This document shows, piece after piece, positions 1 to 9,782 of a stretch of 38,174 bases of DNA (position 1 is its first letter; each line of letters opens with the position of its first letter). The notes beneath the pieces were generated by a model. That model saw nothing but the letters and a program-made list of their open reading frames with translations, was not told where the DNA came from and searched no databases. The translations under genes and the position numbers were made by a program. Location: the IMG/VR virus record IMGVR_UViG_2531839455_000003; one strand, 5' to 3'. Source of the DNA: a virus. Its lineage: Duplodnaviria > Heunggongvirae > Uroviricota > Caudoviricetes.

Positions 1-1293
<1,293 letters not shown>

Positions 1294-1314
1294 TACCCAA
1301 TTTTTCTGAATCTA

Positions 1315-1336
1315 AAAAGCGCCTGCGGGCGCTTTA
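1315..1336 (+). terminator. hairpin immediately 3' of serS (AAAGCGCC-TGCG-GGCGCTTT), probable serS terminator
   Basis: Perfect 8-bp GC-rich stem with 4-nt loop, 22 nt after the serS stop; only a short T tract follows. Confidence 0.4.
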
Positions 1337-1411
1337 AGAAGAAGTTTAACTATTTGAAAATAAATGGATTTTATTTTTAAGTGTCCATATAACGTCCATC
1401 TTTGAATGCAA

Positions 1412-1448
1412 AAAGCCCACAAATTCTATGCTGTGGGCTTTGTTTTTG
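1412..1448. terminator. intrinsic terminator-like hairpin (AAAGCCCACA / TGTGGGCTTT) with flanking A and T tracts
   Basis: 10-bp perfect stem, 10-nt loop, followed by GTTTTTGG and preceded by an A tract, so it could act in either direction. Confidence 0.5.
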
Positions 1449-1479
1449 GTGTCCTCATGAGTGAGGGAACCAAAAAGAA

Positions 1480-1512
1480 AACCCGCAGTTTTTACGCTGC
1501 GGGTTTGTTGTT
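1480..1512. terminator. second terminator-like hairpin (AACCCGCAG / CTGCGGGTT)
   Basis: 9-bp perfect stem, A-rich upstream, T-rich downstream (TGTTGTT). Confidence 0.45.
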
Positions 1513-1924
1513 CATGTCTGTGAGATAGGGTGCCTTATCGACCTTACCCTGGCAACCGATTGACGGGGGATTGCTCCCCCGTCGCGGTTTCCTTACTGCT
1601 TACACTGTAAGAACGCCGCAAACTCCGCTCCCCAGAAGCTCATCCGTATTTCACACAGCGAACCGTGCAGCATCCAGATTATGAGGATTACCGTCACGCA
1701 GAACGTGATGGCCGTAAGCGATTTTTGCGACATAGCGCTTGCTCCTTTGTTGGAGAGGCGCTAACCTATCACTTGCTTAAGGTAGATATGTTAGGGCCTC
1801 GGTTAAACAGAGATGTTTTCCGGGGCCTTTCCACATCCGGCCTTCGGGTATTCCCTCCGACCATCAGCCGAAAGGCACCCGCGCGTAATCTATCGCTTTT
1901 TTGTTACTCCGGCAATTCTGCCTG

Positions 1925-2185
1925 TTAATTCTGAGATAAAGGCAAACTCATCTGATTGTTTCCCCTGTGTGAAGCTGGCAACTCATGCCACGGGATACCT
2001 TCTGAAGAGTGAACGCCGGGGGCGTGTTTCGATGTGAATTTATGGAAAGCTTCCAGTGTTGAGAAACTTATGCCGCATTCCAGGTTGTTACACTGGTAAT
2101 ATTTTTTCCGTACGGTGTTTGAATCATTTTCCGAACGACTGGTGCGGATACGGGCAGATGCGCCACAAAGCGGACAACGGAACAT
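1925..2185 (-). CDS. ogr: Ogr/Delta-family zinc-finger late-gene transcriptional activator
   Basis: 86-aa ORF MFRCPLCGAS...YYQCNNLECG with CxxC-X22-CxxxxC cysteine spacing; SD AGGGAGG 5 nt upstream; sits next to D as in P2. Confidence 0.88.
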   Translation of the reverse strand: MFRCPLCGASARIRTSRSENDSNTVRKKYYQCNNLECGISFSTLEAFHKFTSKHAPGVHSSEGIPWHELPASHRGNNQMSLPLSQN

Positions 2186-2227
2186 AGCGACCTCCCTTAA
2201 CGTGGTGCTGCCGCTATTCTAAGTTGC

Positions 2228-3337
2228 TCACTCTGTTTCTGCTATCCATTCCGGGATTTTTGCTTCAAGCTCAAGCTGCGTGGTAAAGCCGCTGTTATCA
2301 ATGGTGTGCTCGGCTTTTACAATGATCCAGTCCTGATTATCAATCTCGCTTTTAAATCCTGTTACCGTACCATGCATTTCGGGGTAGAGTTCTGCACGTC
2401 CACGCGCCAGCGTGATGGAGAATGATGCGGCTCCGCGTTGTAGTTGCTGCCACTTTGCCGCCGCTGCGCGTCTTGCTGCCTGTTCGTTCTGATAGGTCTT
2501 GCGTAACACAAACACATTGCCTTCCGCGCCTTCCATATAATCTCCTTCACGGCTGCTGCTTTTCTCCTTTTGGGGTTTTGGTGGTTTGCGGCGTTTCACG
2601 CTGACTTTTTTCTTTTTCCCGTAATTAAGATCAAGCCAGTAGGCGCGTACCCCCGTATACGCCTCGCGGTCAGCAATACGGAACTGATGGCGATCGCCGC
2701 TGCTGCGTGTAATGGCGAACGAGGGCAACGGCTGGCCCTGTGCGTTCACGCCACCACCTGGCATGATGAATAACAGATTACCGCTTTTTACCGTGGTGAT
2801 TGCGCCCAGCATTTCCGCCATGCGCGTAAGGAAGGACATGTCGCTTTCTTCGGTCTGGTCGGCGTGGTCGATTTCGATATCCATCAGCATTTCGCTGATT
2901 TGCGGTTTCAGACCATACCGATGAGCGATGGCGGATACCACACGCTCAACGGTCACATCATGCCAGGACACCTCACGTTTAACGTTAAATTCATCCCGAA
3001 AATCTGCGCTTCTGGCTGAAACAGTCAGCCTGTCCGGCGGTCCTTCGTGAGCGATTTCATCAACAATGTAAGTGCCTTTTTCTGTCAGCGGTTCTCCCTT
3101 CCAGCCAATGAGAACCGTCAGGCGCGCGCCCCGTGGCGGTAGCTGCAACTGACCATCCGCATCATCCAGCGTGATGGTGAGCTGGTCCGCCTCAAATCCC
3201 CGGTTGTCGGTCAGTGACAGGCTCATCAGGCGCTCTGCCACGCCTGACAGCGTTTTACCCTCCGCGAGAATATCAAAATCCGGCATTTTCACGGGGTCTG
3301 TGCTCTGACTGAGCAATTGCATGGTGGTGTCGGTCAT
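2228..3337 (-). CDS. D: tail protein gpD (late control gene D family)
   Basis: Start trimmed to ATG at 3337 (MTDTTMQLLSQ..., SD GGGAGGGAA); the longer ORF to 3469 has no SD. Matches the P2 D protein family by memory. Confidence 0.88.
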   Translation of the reverse strand: MTDTTMQLLSQSTDPVKMPDFDILAEGKTLSGVAERLMSLSLTDNRGFEADQLTITLDDADGQLQLPPRGARLTVLIGWKGEPLTEKGTYIVDEIAHEGPPDRLTVSARSADFRDEFNVKREVSWHDVTVERVVSAIAHRYGLKPQISEMLMDIEIDHADQTEESDMSFLTRMAEMLGAITTVKSGNLLFIMPGGGVNAQGQPLPSFAITRSSGDRHQFRIADREAYTGVRAYWLDLNYGKKKKVSVKRRKPPKPQKEKSSSREGDYMEGAEGNVFVLRKTYQNEQAARRAAAAKWQQLQRGAASFSITLARGRAELYPEMHGTVTGFKSEIDNQDWIIVKAEHTIDNSGFTTQLELEAKIPEWIAETE

Positions 3338-3494
3338 CTGTTCCCTCCCTGTGCGGCATGGTCGCATGTGCGTGCGGAGGGGGTTACTGCTTTTTGTTGT
3401 CGCTGGGTCGGGAGAACGGCGCAGGGGTGAGATTACGCGCGTGGTGGGTGATGATTGTTGCCGAATCATTTAACGGATACAAGGGGCTGAAGCT

Positions 3495-4679
3495 ATGAGT
3501 GAAACTCGTTTTCATGGTGCCCGTGTTACGGAAAATACCGACCTGGTAACAGCGATTAACGATGTTGATTCCAGCGTTATCGGTATCGTGGCAACGGCGG
3601 ATGATGCGGACGCGAAGCTGTTCCCGCTGAATAAGCCCACACTGCTGACCCGCGTCAATGACGTGCTGGGAAAATGCGGGACAACGGGGACGCTTTATCG
3701 TGCGCTTAAGGCCATCGCAGACCAGGTGAGCACAAAGGTGATCGTCGTTCGCGTGGCTGAACACAAAGAAGAAGACGGAAAGACGCAGGATCAACTGGTT
3801 ATCGGTGGTTCTGAGGATGACGGCAGCTATACGGGGATGTATGCGCTGCTTGTTGCAGAGCAGGATGAAAGCATCGGATACCGTCCGCGTATTCTGGCCG
3901 CGCCGGAGCTGGACACGGAGGCTGCAACAAAATCCCTGTGCGTGATTGCAGGTAAACTGCGCGCGTTTGTGTATGCCTCATGTCACGGCTGTAACACGAT
4001 GGCTGAGGCGATTACCTACCGCCAGAAATTCAACGAACGTGAGGTGATGCTCTTATGGCCGGACTTCATCGCCTACAACCCGAAAAGTGGCAAAAACGAA
4101 ACGTTCCCCGCGCCTGCCTATGCGTGCGGCCTTCGTGCGTACATTGACCATGAGCAGGGCTGGCACAAATCGCTGTCCAACGTTCCGGTTAAAAATGTGC
4201 TGGGAATGTCCAGGCATGTGTTCTGGTCGTTGCAGGCCGAAGACAGCGATGCCAACAGCCTCAACAACAAAGAAATCACGACCATTATTCGTCGCAACGG
4301 GTTCCGCTTCTGGGGCAACCGCACACCGGAAACGAACGCCTACATCTTTGAGGTGTATACCCGAACCGCACAGGTGCTGGCTGATTCAATTGCGGAAGCG
4401 CAGTTTGAAACCATCGACAGTCCACTGACACCTGCGAACGTGAAGGATGTTATCAGCGCCATCAGGGCAAAACTGGATTCGCTGGTTACTGCCGGGAAAC
4501 TGATTGGTGCGGAGTGCTGGTATGACGTGGTGGATAACGGCACCACGAATTTACGTCAGGGACGTGTGCGTATTCGCTACAAATATACGCCTGTTCCCCC
4601 GCTGGAAGACATGGAGCTTTACCAGACGTTTACTGATGAATTCTTTGGTCCCGCATTTGCGGTGCTGGGAGGTGCCTGA
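3495..4679 (+). CDS. FI: contractile tail sheath protein gpFI
   Basis: 394 aa, the size of P2 FI; directly followed by the tube gene with overlapping stop/start (TGATG). Confidence 0.92.
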   Translation: MSETRFHGARVTENTDLVTAINDVDSSVIGIVATADDADAKLFPLNKPTLLTRVNDVLGKCGTTGTLYRALKAIADQVSTKVIVVRVAEHKEEDGKTQDQLVIGGSEDDGSYTGMYALLVAEQDESIGYRPRILAAPELDTEAATKSLCVIAGKLRAFVYASCHGCNTMAEAITYRQKFNEREVMLLWPDFIAYNPKSGKNETFPAPAYACGLRAYIDHEQGWHKSLSNVPVKNVLGMSRHVFWSLQAEDSDANSLNNKEITTIIRRNGFRFWGNRTPETNAYIFEVYTRTAQVLADSIAEAQFETIDSPLTPANVKDVISAIRAKLDSLVTAGKLIGAECWYDVVDNGTTNLRQGRVRIRYKYTPVPPLEDMELYQTFTDEFFGPAFAVLGGA

Positions 4680-5191
4680 TGGCTGTACCAAAACATCTTC
4701 GCTTTTTTACGTTGTTTGTGGATGGTGAAAACGAAGTGGGTAAAGTGACATCCGTCACGCCGCCCAAACTGACGCGCAAAACCGACAGCTATCGTGGTGG
4801 TGGCATGATGGGGGCGGTAAGTATTGATCTCGGTCTGGACGACTCCGCGCTTGATGCGAGTTTTGTCATGGGGGGAGCTGTTCGTGCGCTGTTCCTTAAA
4901 TATGGCGGCACGATTGACGGCACGCTGCTGCGTTTTGCGGGTGAATACTACACCGATGCAGAAAGCGATCTGTATGAAATCGAGATGCGCGGGCGTGTGA
5001 CGGAAATTGATATGGGGGAAGCCAAACAGGGTGAAGCCACATCACACACTTACGCTGTCAAAAACACCTACTACAAGCTGAGCGTTAACGATCGCCCGCT
5101 GTGGGAAATCGACCTGTTGAACCACATCTACCGGAAGGACGGCAAGGACATTGTGCCTGACCGTATCCGTTCCGCGCTTGGGCTTGGCTGA
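4679..5191 (+). CDS. FII: tail tube protein gpFII
   Basis: 170 aa; position and size match P2 FII. Confidence 0.92.
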   Translation: MAVPKHLRFFTLFVDGENEVGKVTSVTPPKLTRKTDSYRGGGMMGAVSIDLGLDDSALDASFVMGGAVRALFLKYGGTIDGTLLRFAGEYYTDAESDLYEIEMRGRVTEIDMGEAKQGEATSHTYAVKNTYYKLSVNDRPLWEIDLLNHIYRKDGKDIVPDRIRSALGLG

Positions 5192-5246
5192 TAAGTAATA
5201 TGCAGGCGGCGCAGTGCGTCGCCTCTGACTGAAAAGGAGACAACTG

Positions 5247-5621
5247 ATGAAAGACATCGATACTGAAACCCGGAATAACACCGTGGCGGATGATGTGACG
5301 GCAGGTGAGGATATGGCTGTCGAACGTGGCGTAAAACTGACCCGACCAATTGAGCGTGGTGGCGAAAAAATCACGTATGTGGAGATCACCGGGGCTATTG
5401 AGCAGGCTGGATCCCTGCGTGGTCTGTCGCTGTCTGATGTGCTGAATCTGAAAGCGGATACCATGTTTACGCTGTTGCCTCGCGTGACCTCGCCACGACT
5501 GGATGAAGTGATGATTAAAAAAATGTCGTCACGCGATTTTATTCAGTTGTGCGCTGTGGCTGTAAATTTTATGAGCGAGCCAGACTCTGGCGCGAAGAGC
5601 GTGCAGGAGACGGCAGCGTAA
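5247..5621 (+). CDS. E: tail assembly chaperone gpE (zero-frame product)
   Basis: 124-aa ORF with strong SD AAGGAGA 6 nt upstream; lies between the tube and tape-measure genes. Confidence 0.85.
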   Translation: MKDIDTETRNNTVADDVTAGEDMAVERGVKLTRPIERGGEKITYVEITGAIEQAGSLRGLSLSDVLNLKADTMFTLLPRVTSPRLDEVMIKKMSSRDFIQLCAVAVNFMSEPDSGAKSVQETAA

Positions 5622-5785
5622 TCACCCTGGTGTGCTTTGAGCACATCGAAGATCTGGTGGCGGATATTGCCGCCATTTTTAACTGGTCGCCCGCCGAAAT
5701 CTTCATGATGACGCCCGGCGAAGTGGTTAGCTGGCGCGAGCGGGCGGCACTTCGCAGCGGGAATGCAGATAATGAAGACTCTTGA
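5247..5785 (+). CDS. E': gpE+E' fusion made by a programmed -1 ribosomal frameshift (shift at about 5517-5523)
   Basis: The -1 frame opens right after a TAA at 5516-5518 and runs to 5785, overlapping the T start. A7 run at 5517-5523 is the candidate slippery site. Same arrangement as P2 E/E' and lambda G/GT. Confidence 0.6.
5517..5523 (+). other. candidate slippery heptamer AAAAAAA for the E/E' -1 frameshift
   Basis: Zero-frame codons AAA AAA (Lys-Lys) at 5517-5522; re-pairing of tRNA-Lys one base back gives the E' frame. Confidence 0.5.
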
Positions 5786-8579
5786 TATCCGGGTCGCTTT
5801 CAGCGCCGTTGACAGGCTGACCCGGCCTGCCGAAAACGCCCGCCGCCTGATGGGGCAGTTTGGTGACTCCATCCAGCGAACGCAGGGGGCGATCAAAAAT
5901 CTCGAGCGTCAGGCGCGTTCATTTGAGCGCGCCCGTGACGCTGTCAGTAAAGCGGATGCTGGCATCGTGAAAGCACGACGCCAGCTTAACGCCCTTAATC
6001 AGTTACAACGCACGGGTACAGTGCTCAGCGAAAAACAACAAAAGCTGATGCAGCAGTTAAGCACCCGGCTTGAACGCCTGAATGAATCGCGCACACGGGA
6101 AATTCAGAAAATGCGGGAGCTTGGCGGAGAGCTGAAACGCCACGGCATTTCCCTGACAGGCAGCGATAACACCATCCAGCAGGCCATCAGACGCACCGAA
6201 CAGTACAACAACCAGCTTGAACGCGAACGGCAGGCGCTTGCGCGTGTAACGCGGGCGCGTGAGCGGTATTCGCGCGCGCAGGAAACAGCGGGAAAACTGA
6301 AAACAGGTGGTGCGCTGGCAATTGGTGCGGCAGCGGCGGGCGGCTATGCTGCCGGGCGTTTTTTGCAGCCTGCGATCGGGTTCGGCAAAGAGATGTCCCG
6401 CGTTCAGGCACTGACGCGAATCGACCAGAACAGCCCGCAGTTTAAGGCGCTGCGTGAGCAGGCGTTAAAACTTGGCTCTGAAACGCAGTTCACCGCAGGC
6501 GATGCCGCCAGTGGACAGGCATTTCTTGCAATGGCTGGCTTCACTCCGCAGGCCATTCAGGCTGCGCTTCCCGGCGTGCTGAGCATGGCAACGGCTGGCG
6601 GTATGGATCTCGGCGAGACGGCAGATATTGGCTCAAATATCCTGACGCAGTTCGGCCTTTCTGCTGACCAGATGGACCGGGTCGGTGACACACTCACCGC
6701 AGCGTTTACCCGTACCAACACTGACCTTCGCGCACTGGGCGAAACCATGAAATATGCAGGTCCGGTGGCGGGTAAGCTGGGAATATCGCTGGAGCAGGCC
6801 GCAGCGATGGCTGGCGTGCTGGCGAATATGGGCATCAGAGGGAGTGATGCCGGGACGGCAATGCGTGCCAGCCTGGCTCGTCTGGCATCACCGCCAAAGG
6901 CGGCGGCAGAAGCTCTGAAAGAGCTGGGCGTGTCCGTCTCGGATGCCGGGGGCAAAATGCGCCCGATGGAGGATGTGCTGGCCGACCTTTATAAAGCCAC
7001 CCGCAAATACGGGGAAGTTGACCGGGTATCGTTCTTTAAGGACATTGCCGGAGAAGAGGCTTTCACATCGTTTATGGCGCTCGTTGATGCAGCGGGTGAC
7101 GGTTCCTTACCCAAACTGAGAAAAGAACTTGAAGGCGCGCGCGGTGAGGCTGAACGCACAGCAAAGGTTATGGCCAACAACCTTGACGGCGATCTGAAAT
7201 CACTCGGCAGTGCATGGGAAGGGGTGCGCATCCGCATTGCAGATCTGATTGACGGTCCGCTGCGTTCTGTCACGCAGTGGCTCACGCGGGTGGTCTCAAA
7301 AGTGACGGCACTGGCGCAGGCCCATCCGGCACTGACGCGCCAGTTACTGATAGCGGGAGGTGCACTGCTGGCGACAACAGCAACGGTTGGTTCGTTGTCT
7401 CTGGTTATTGGGGTGCTTCACGGGAAGCTGGCTACGTTACGTCTCGGTTTTTCTCTCCTGACCGGATCAATGAATGCTGTCAGGATCCTGCCAGCACTAT
7501 GGGGAATGGTGACGGGTTCCGTTTCTTTACTGGGAGGCGCTATCGGGGCGCTGATCAGTCCGGTTGGTCTTATCGTGGCTGCGCTTGCCGGAGCTGCCGT
7601 TCTTATCTGGAAATACTGGGATCCCATCAGGGCATTTTTTGCCGGGGTGTTCAGCGGGATTATGGAAAGGCTGACCCCGTTGCGCGAAACCTTTGAACGG
7701 TTTGGTCCTGTTTTTGACGCAATCGGAAGCGGGATCAGCCAGGTGTTTAACTGGTTTAAATCGCTGCTGTCACCGATGGAGTCCAGCAAGGAAACGCTGG
7801 ATAAATGTACCAGTGCTGGCGAGATATTCGGTAACGTTCTTGGCGGTGCGTTACAGCTTGTTCTGACACCTGCAAAAATGCTACTGGATACGCTGGCGTG
7901 GATACTTGAAAAACTTGGCGTCCTTCCGGATGAAGCGGAAAAGGCGCGCAAGAAAATCGAAGACGCACAGCGTGCGGCCATTCTTCAGGACAAGGTTGCC
8001 TTGCTTCAGGGGGACCTTGCGAAAATCAATCCGCCGAAGCCTGTGGAAAATGGCAATGGCACCGGAGGTGATAAACCCAAAGACAACAAACCGCTCACAG
8101 ACAGCAATACCGGGACGCTACGCAGACTCAGCAAAATTGCTGATAACACAGGTAAGCTGGTTGATGAGACGAAAAAACGCATTGGCCCTGGCGATATTGT
8201 CTTTAAGAACCTGCCCCGCGCACTTGCTGTTCGTGGGGAGTGGCAGGAGCGGAAGATTGCGCAGGTCAGTAAGCCTGCCCCCGCAATTAATATCACACCC
8301 GTAGTCCCGGCTCCGCTGCCTCCGGCGCTGGTCCCTGTTGTTGCGGCCAGCTCCCGCCCGGTGGCGGAGGCCATACGATCGCCAGTGGCATCAGTTCCTG
8401 CAGCTTCCCGTAATCGGGAGCCTGCTGTCTCCAGATTTGGCGGTGAAATTCATGTTCATCTGCATAACGTTGTTACGCAGAATCCCCGCGAACTGGCGAA
8501 ACTGGTCGGTGAAATGGTCAGGGCAGAGATGGAACGGCGCGCCCGTGCCGGACGTGGCAGTTTTTACGATAAAGATTGA
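5763..8579 (+). CDS. T: tail tape-measure protein gpT
   Basis: 938 aa, coiled-coil-rich N-terminus, hydrophobic Gly/Ala-rich middle; follows E/E'. Confidence 0.92.
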   Translation: MQIMKTLDIRVAFSAVDRLTRPAENARRLMGQFGDSIQRTQGAIKNLERQARSFERARDAVSKADAGIVKARRQLNALNQLQRTGTVLSEKQQKLMQQLSTRLERLNESRTREIQKMRELGGELKRHGISLTGSDNTIQQAIRRTEQYNNQLERERQALARVTRARERYSRAQETAGKLKTGGALAIGAAAAGGYAAGRFLQPAIGFGKEMSRVQALTRIDQNSPQFKALREQALKLGSETQFTAGDAASGQAFLAMAGFTPQAIQAALPGVLSMATAGGMDLGETADIGSNILTQFGLSADQMDRVGDTLTAAFTRTNTDLRALGETMKYAGPVAGKLGISLEQAAAMAGVLANMGIRGSDAGTAMRASLARLASPPKAAAEALKELGVSVSDAGGKMRPMEDVLADLYKATRKYGEVDRVSFFKDIAGEEAFTSFMALVDAAGDGSLPKLRKELEGARGEAERTAKVMANNLDGDLKSLGSAWEGVRIRIADLIDGPLRSVTQWLTRVVSKVTALAQAHPALTRQLLIAGGALLATTATVGSLSLVIGVLHGKLATLRLGFSLLTGSMNAVRILPALWGMVTGSVSLLGGAIGALISPVGLIVAALAGAAVLIWKYWDPIRAFFAGVFSGIMERLTPLRETFERFGPVFDAIGSGISQVFNWFKSLLSPMESSKETLDKCTSAGEIFGNVLGGALQLVLTPAKMLLDTLAWILEKLGVLPDEAEKARKKIEDAQRAAILQDKVALLQGDLAKINPPKPVENGNGTGGDKPKDNKPLTDSNTGTLRRLSKIADNTGKLVDETKKRIGPGDIVFKNLPRALAVRGEWQERKIAQVSKPAPAINITPVVPAPLPPALVPVVAASSRPVAEAIRSPVASVPAASRNREPAVSRFGGEIHVHLHNVVTQNPRELAKLVGEMVRAEMERRARAGRGSFYDKD

Positions 8580-8591
8580 GGAGTCATGGTC

Positions 8592-9080
8592 ATGATGATG
8601 ATCTACGGCATGTTTGTTTTTGAGCTGCGCACACTGCCGCATCAGCAGTTACAGCAAAACAAAAGCTGGCGGCATGTGAAAAATGAACGCGTTAACCGTT
8701 CAGCAAGCTGGCAGTATATAGGTGCAGGTGATGATCGCATTGTGCTTTCCGGCATGCTTTATCCTGAAATTACAGGTGGTGAAGTGTCGCTTTCGTTGCT
8801 GACCACGCAGGCATATACAGGACGCCCCTGGCCTCTGATTGATGGTGTCGGGCAGATTTACGGCATGTATGTGCTGACTGAAACGAATACGACCCGTTCC
8901 GAGTTTGATCGCTACGGTAAGGCGAAAAAGATAGAATTTTCACTGACCCTTGAACGCTGTGATGAGGATTTGCGGGAGCGCCTGCAATCCTCATCATTCA
9001 GCGATATGCTGTCCGGCTTCAAAGATAAGGTGACATCATCTCTTAACAGCGCGGCCAGTTCAGTTAAAGGGCTGTTCTGA
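8592..9080 (+). CDS. U: tail protein gpU
   Basis: MMMIYGMFVFELRTLP... resembles the P2 U N-terminus (MMVLGLFVF); SD GAGGAG 8 nt upstream of ATG 8592; the ORF could also start at 8586. Confidence 0.86.
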   Translation: MMMIYGMFVFELRTLPHQQLQQNKSWRHVKNERVNRSASWQYIGAGDDRIVLSGMLYPEITGGEVSLSLLTTQAYTGRPWPLIDGVGQIYGMYVLTETNTTRSEFDRYGKAKKIEFSLTLERCDEDLRERLQSSSFSDMLSGFKDKVTSSLNSAASSVKGLF

Positions 9081-9091
9081 TTTAACACAAA

Positions 9092-9117
9092 AACCGCTAA
9101 TGGCCAGATTAGCGGTT
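9092..9117. terminator. bidirectional terminator hairpin between convergent U and invertase genes
   Basis: AACCGCTAAT-GGCCAG-ATTAGCGGTT, perfect 10-bp stem, T-rich downstream (ATTTTGTTTTCTG), A-rich upstream; overlaps the invertase stop codon. Confidence 0.6.
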
Positions 9118-9702
9118 ATTTTGTTTTCTGACTCTTCTCTATTGTTCCACTTGATTCTCCTGCGGGGTGGTAACGATAAATCGTCGATGTACCAATGCCG
9201 TAAATTATTGCCAGTTGTTTTCTGTCGTGACCGTTTTTAATCAGCCTTGCTATTTGCTCATGCTGTTCTTTTGTCAGCTTCGGTCGACGTCCGCCTGTGC
9301 GCCCCCGTGCGCGCGCTGCCGCCAGTCCGGCCAGTGTACGTTCAACAATTAATTCACGTTCCATTTCAGCCAGGGCACCCATCACGTGGAAGAAAAAACG
9401 CCCCATTGGAGAAGATGTATCTATGCTGTCGGTCAGACTGCGAAAATTAATCCCTCGCTCCCGTAGTTCCCCGACGAGAGAAATCAGATGTTTCATGCTT
9501 CGCCCGAGGCGATCCAGTTTCCAGACAACCAGCGTGTCACCTTTTGAAGACGCTTTAAAGCGCGTTTTAATCCCGGTCGGTCTGTCTTTGTCCCGCTTAA
9601 TTTATCTTCAAATATTTGTTCACATCCTGCACAAACAAGAGCGTTTCGTTGCAGGTCTGTATTCTGGTCATTTGTTGATACCCTGACATAGCCAATCAGC
9701 AT
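9116..9702 (-). pseudogene. pin: Pin/Gin/Hin-family serine DNA invertase, disrupted by a 1-nt frameshift
   Basis: N-terminal ORF MLIGYVRVSTNDQNTDLQRNALVCAGCEQIFEDKLSGT...LKRLQK (catalytic Ser motif) and C-terminal ORF MKHLISLVGELRERGINFRSLTDSIDTSSPMGRFFFHVMGALAEMEREL are in different frames. Reading AAG-GTG-ACA-CGC as AAG-G-GT-GAC-ACG restores ...KGDTLVVWKLDRLGRSMKHL, so one G is missing from a G run at about plus 9540. Confidence 0.85.
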
Positions 9703-9756
9703 TCTGAATCTCCCGTCCAAAAGCGCAAATCATGCCATGCAGGCCGGAAACGGCCA

Positions 9757-9782
9757 TTATCTAAAACCTCGGTTTACAGGAA
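9757..9782. other. gix/pix-like 26-bp inversion crossover site (right)
   Basis: TTATCTAAAACCTCGGTTTACAGGAA; one mismatch from the Mu gixL sequence as I recall it; lies beside the invertase 5' end. Confidence 0.8.

Noticed and set aside
1665-2037. Plus-strand ORFs of 87 and 74 aa in the junction region
   Set aside because: No convincing SD; odd composition; they overlap the probable attR region and the ogr 3' end, so they are likely non-coding.
2228-3469. Long 413-aa version of gene D
   Set aside because: The N-terminal 44 codons have no SD and run into the divergent FI promoter region; ATG 3337 has a strong SD and gives a P2 D-like N-terminus.
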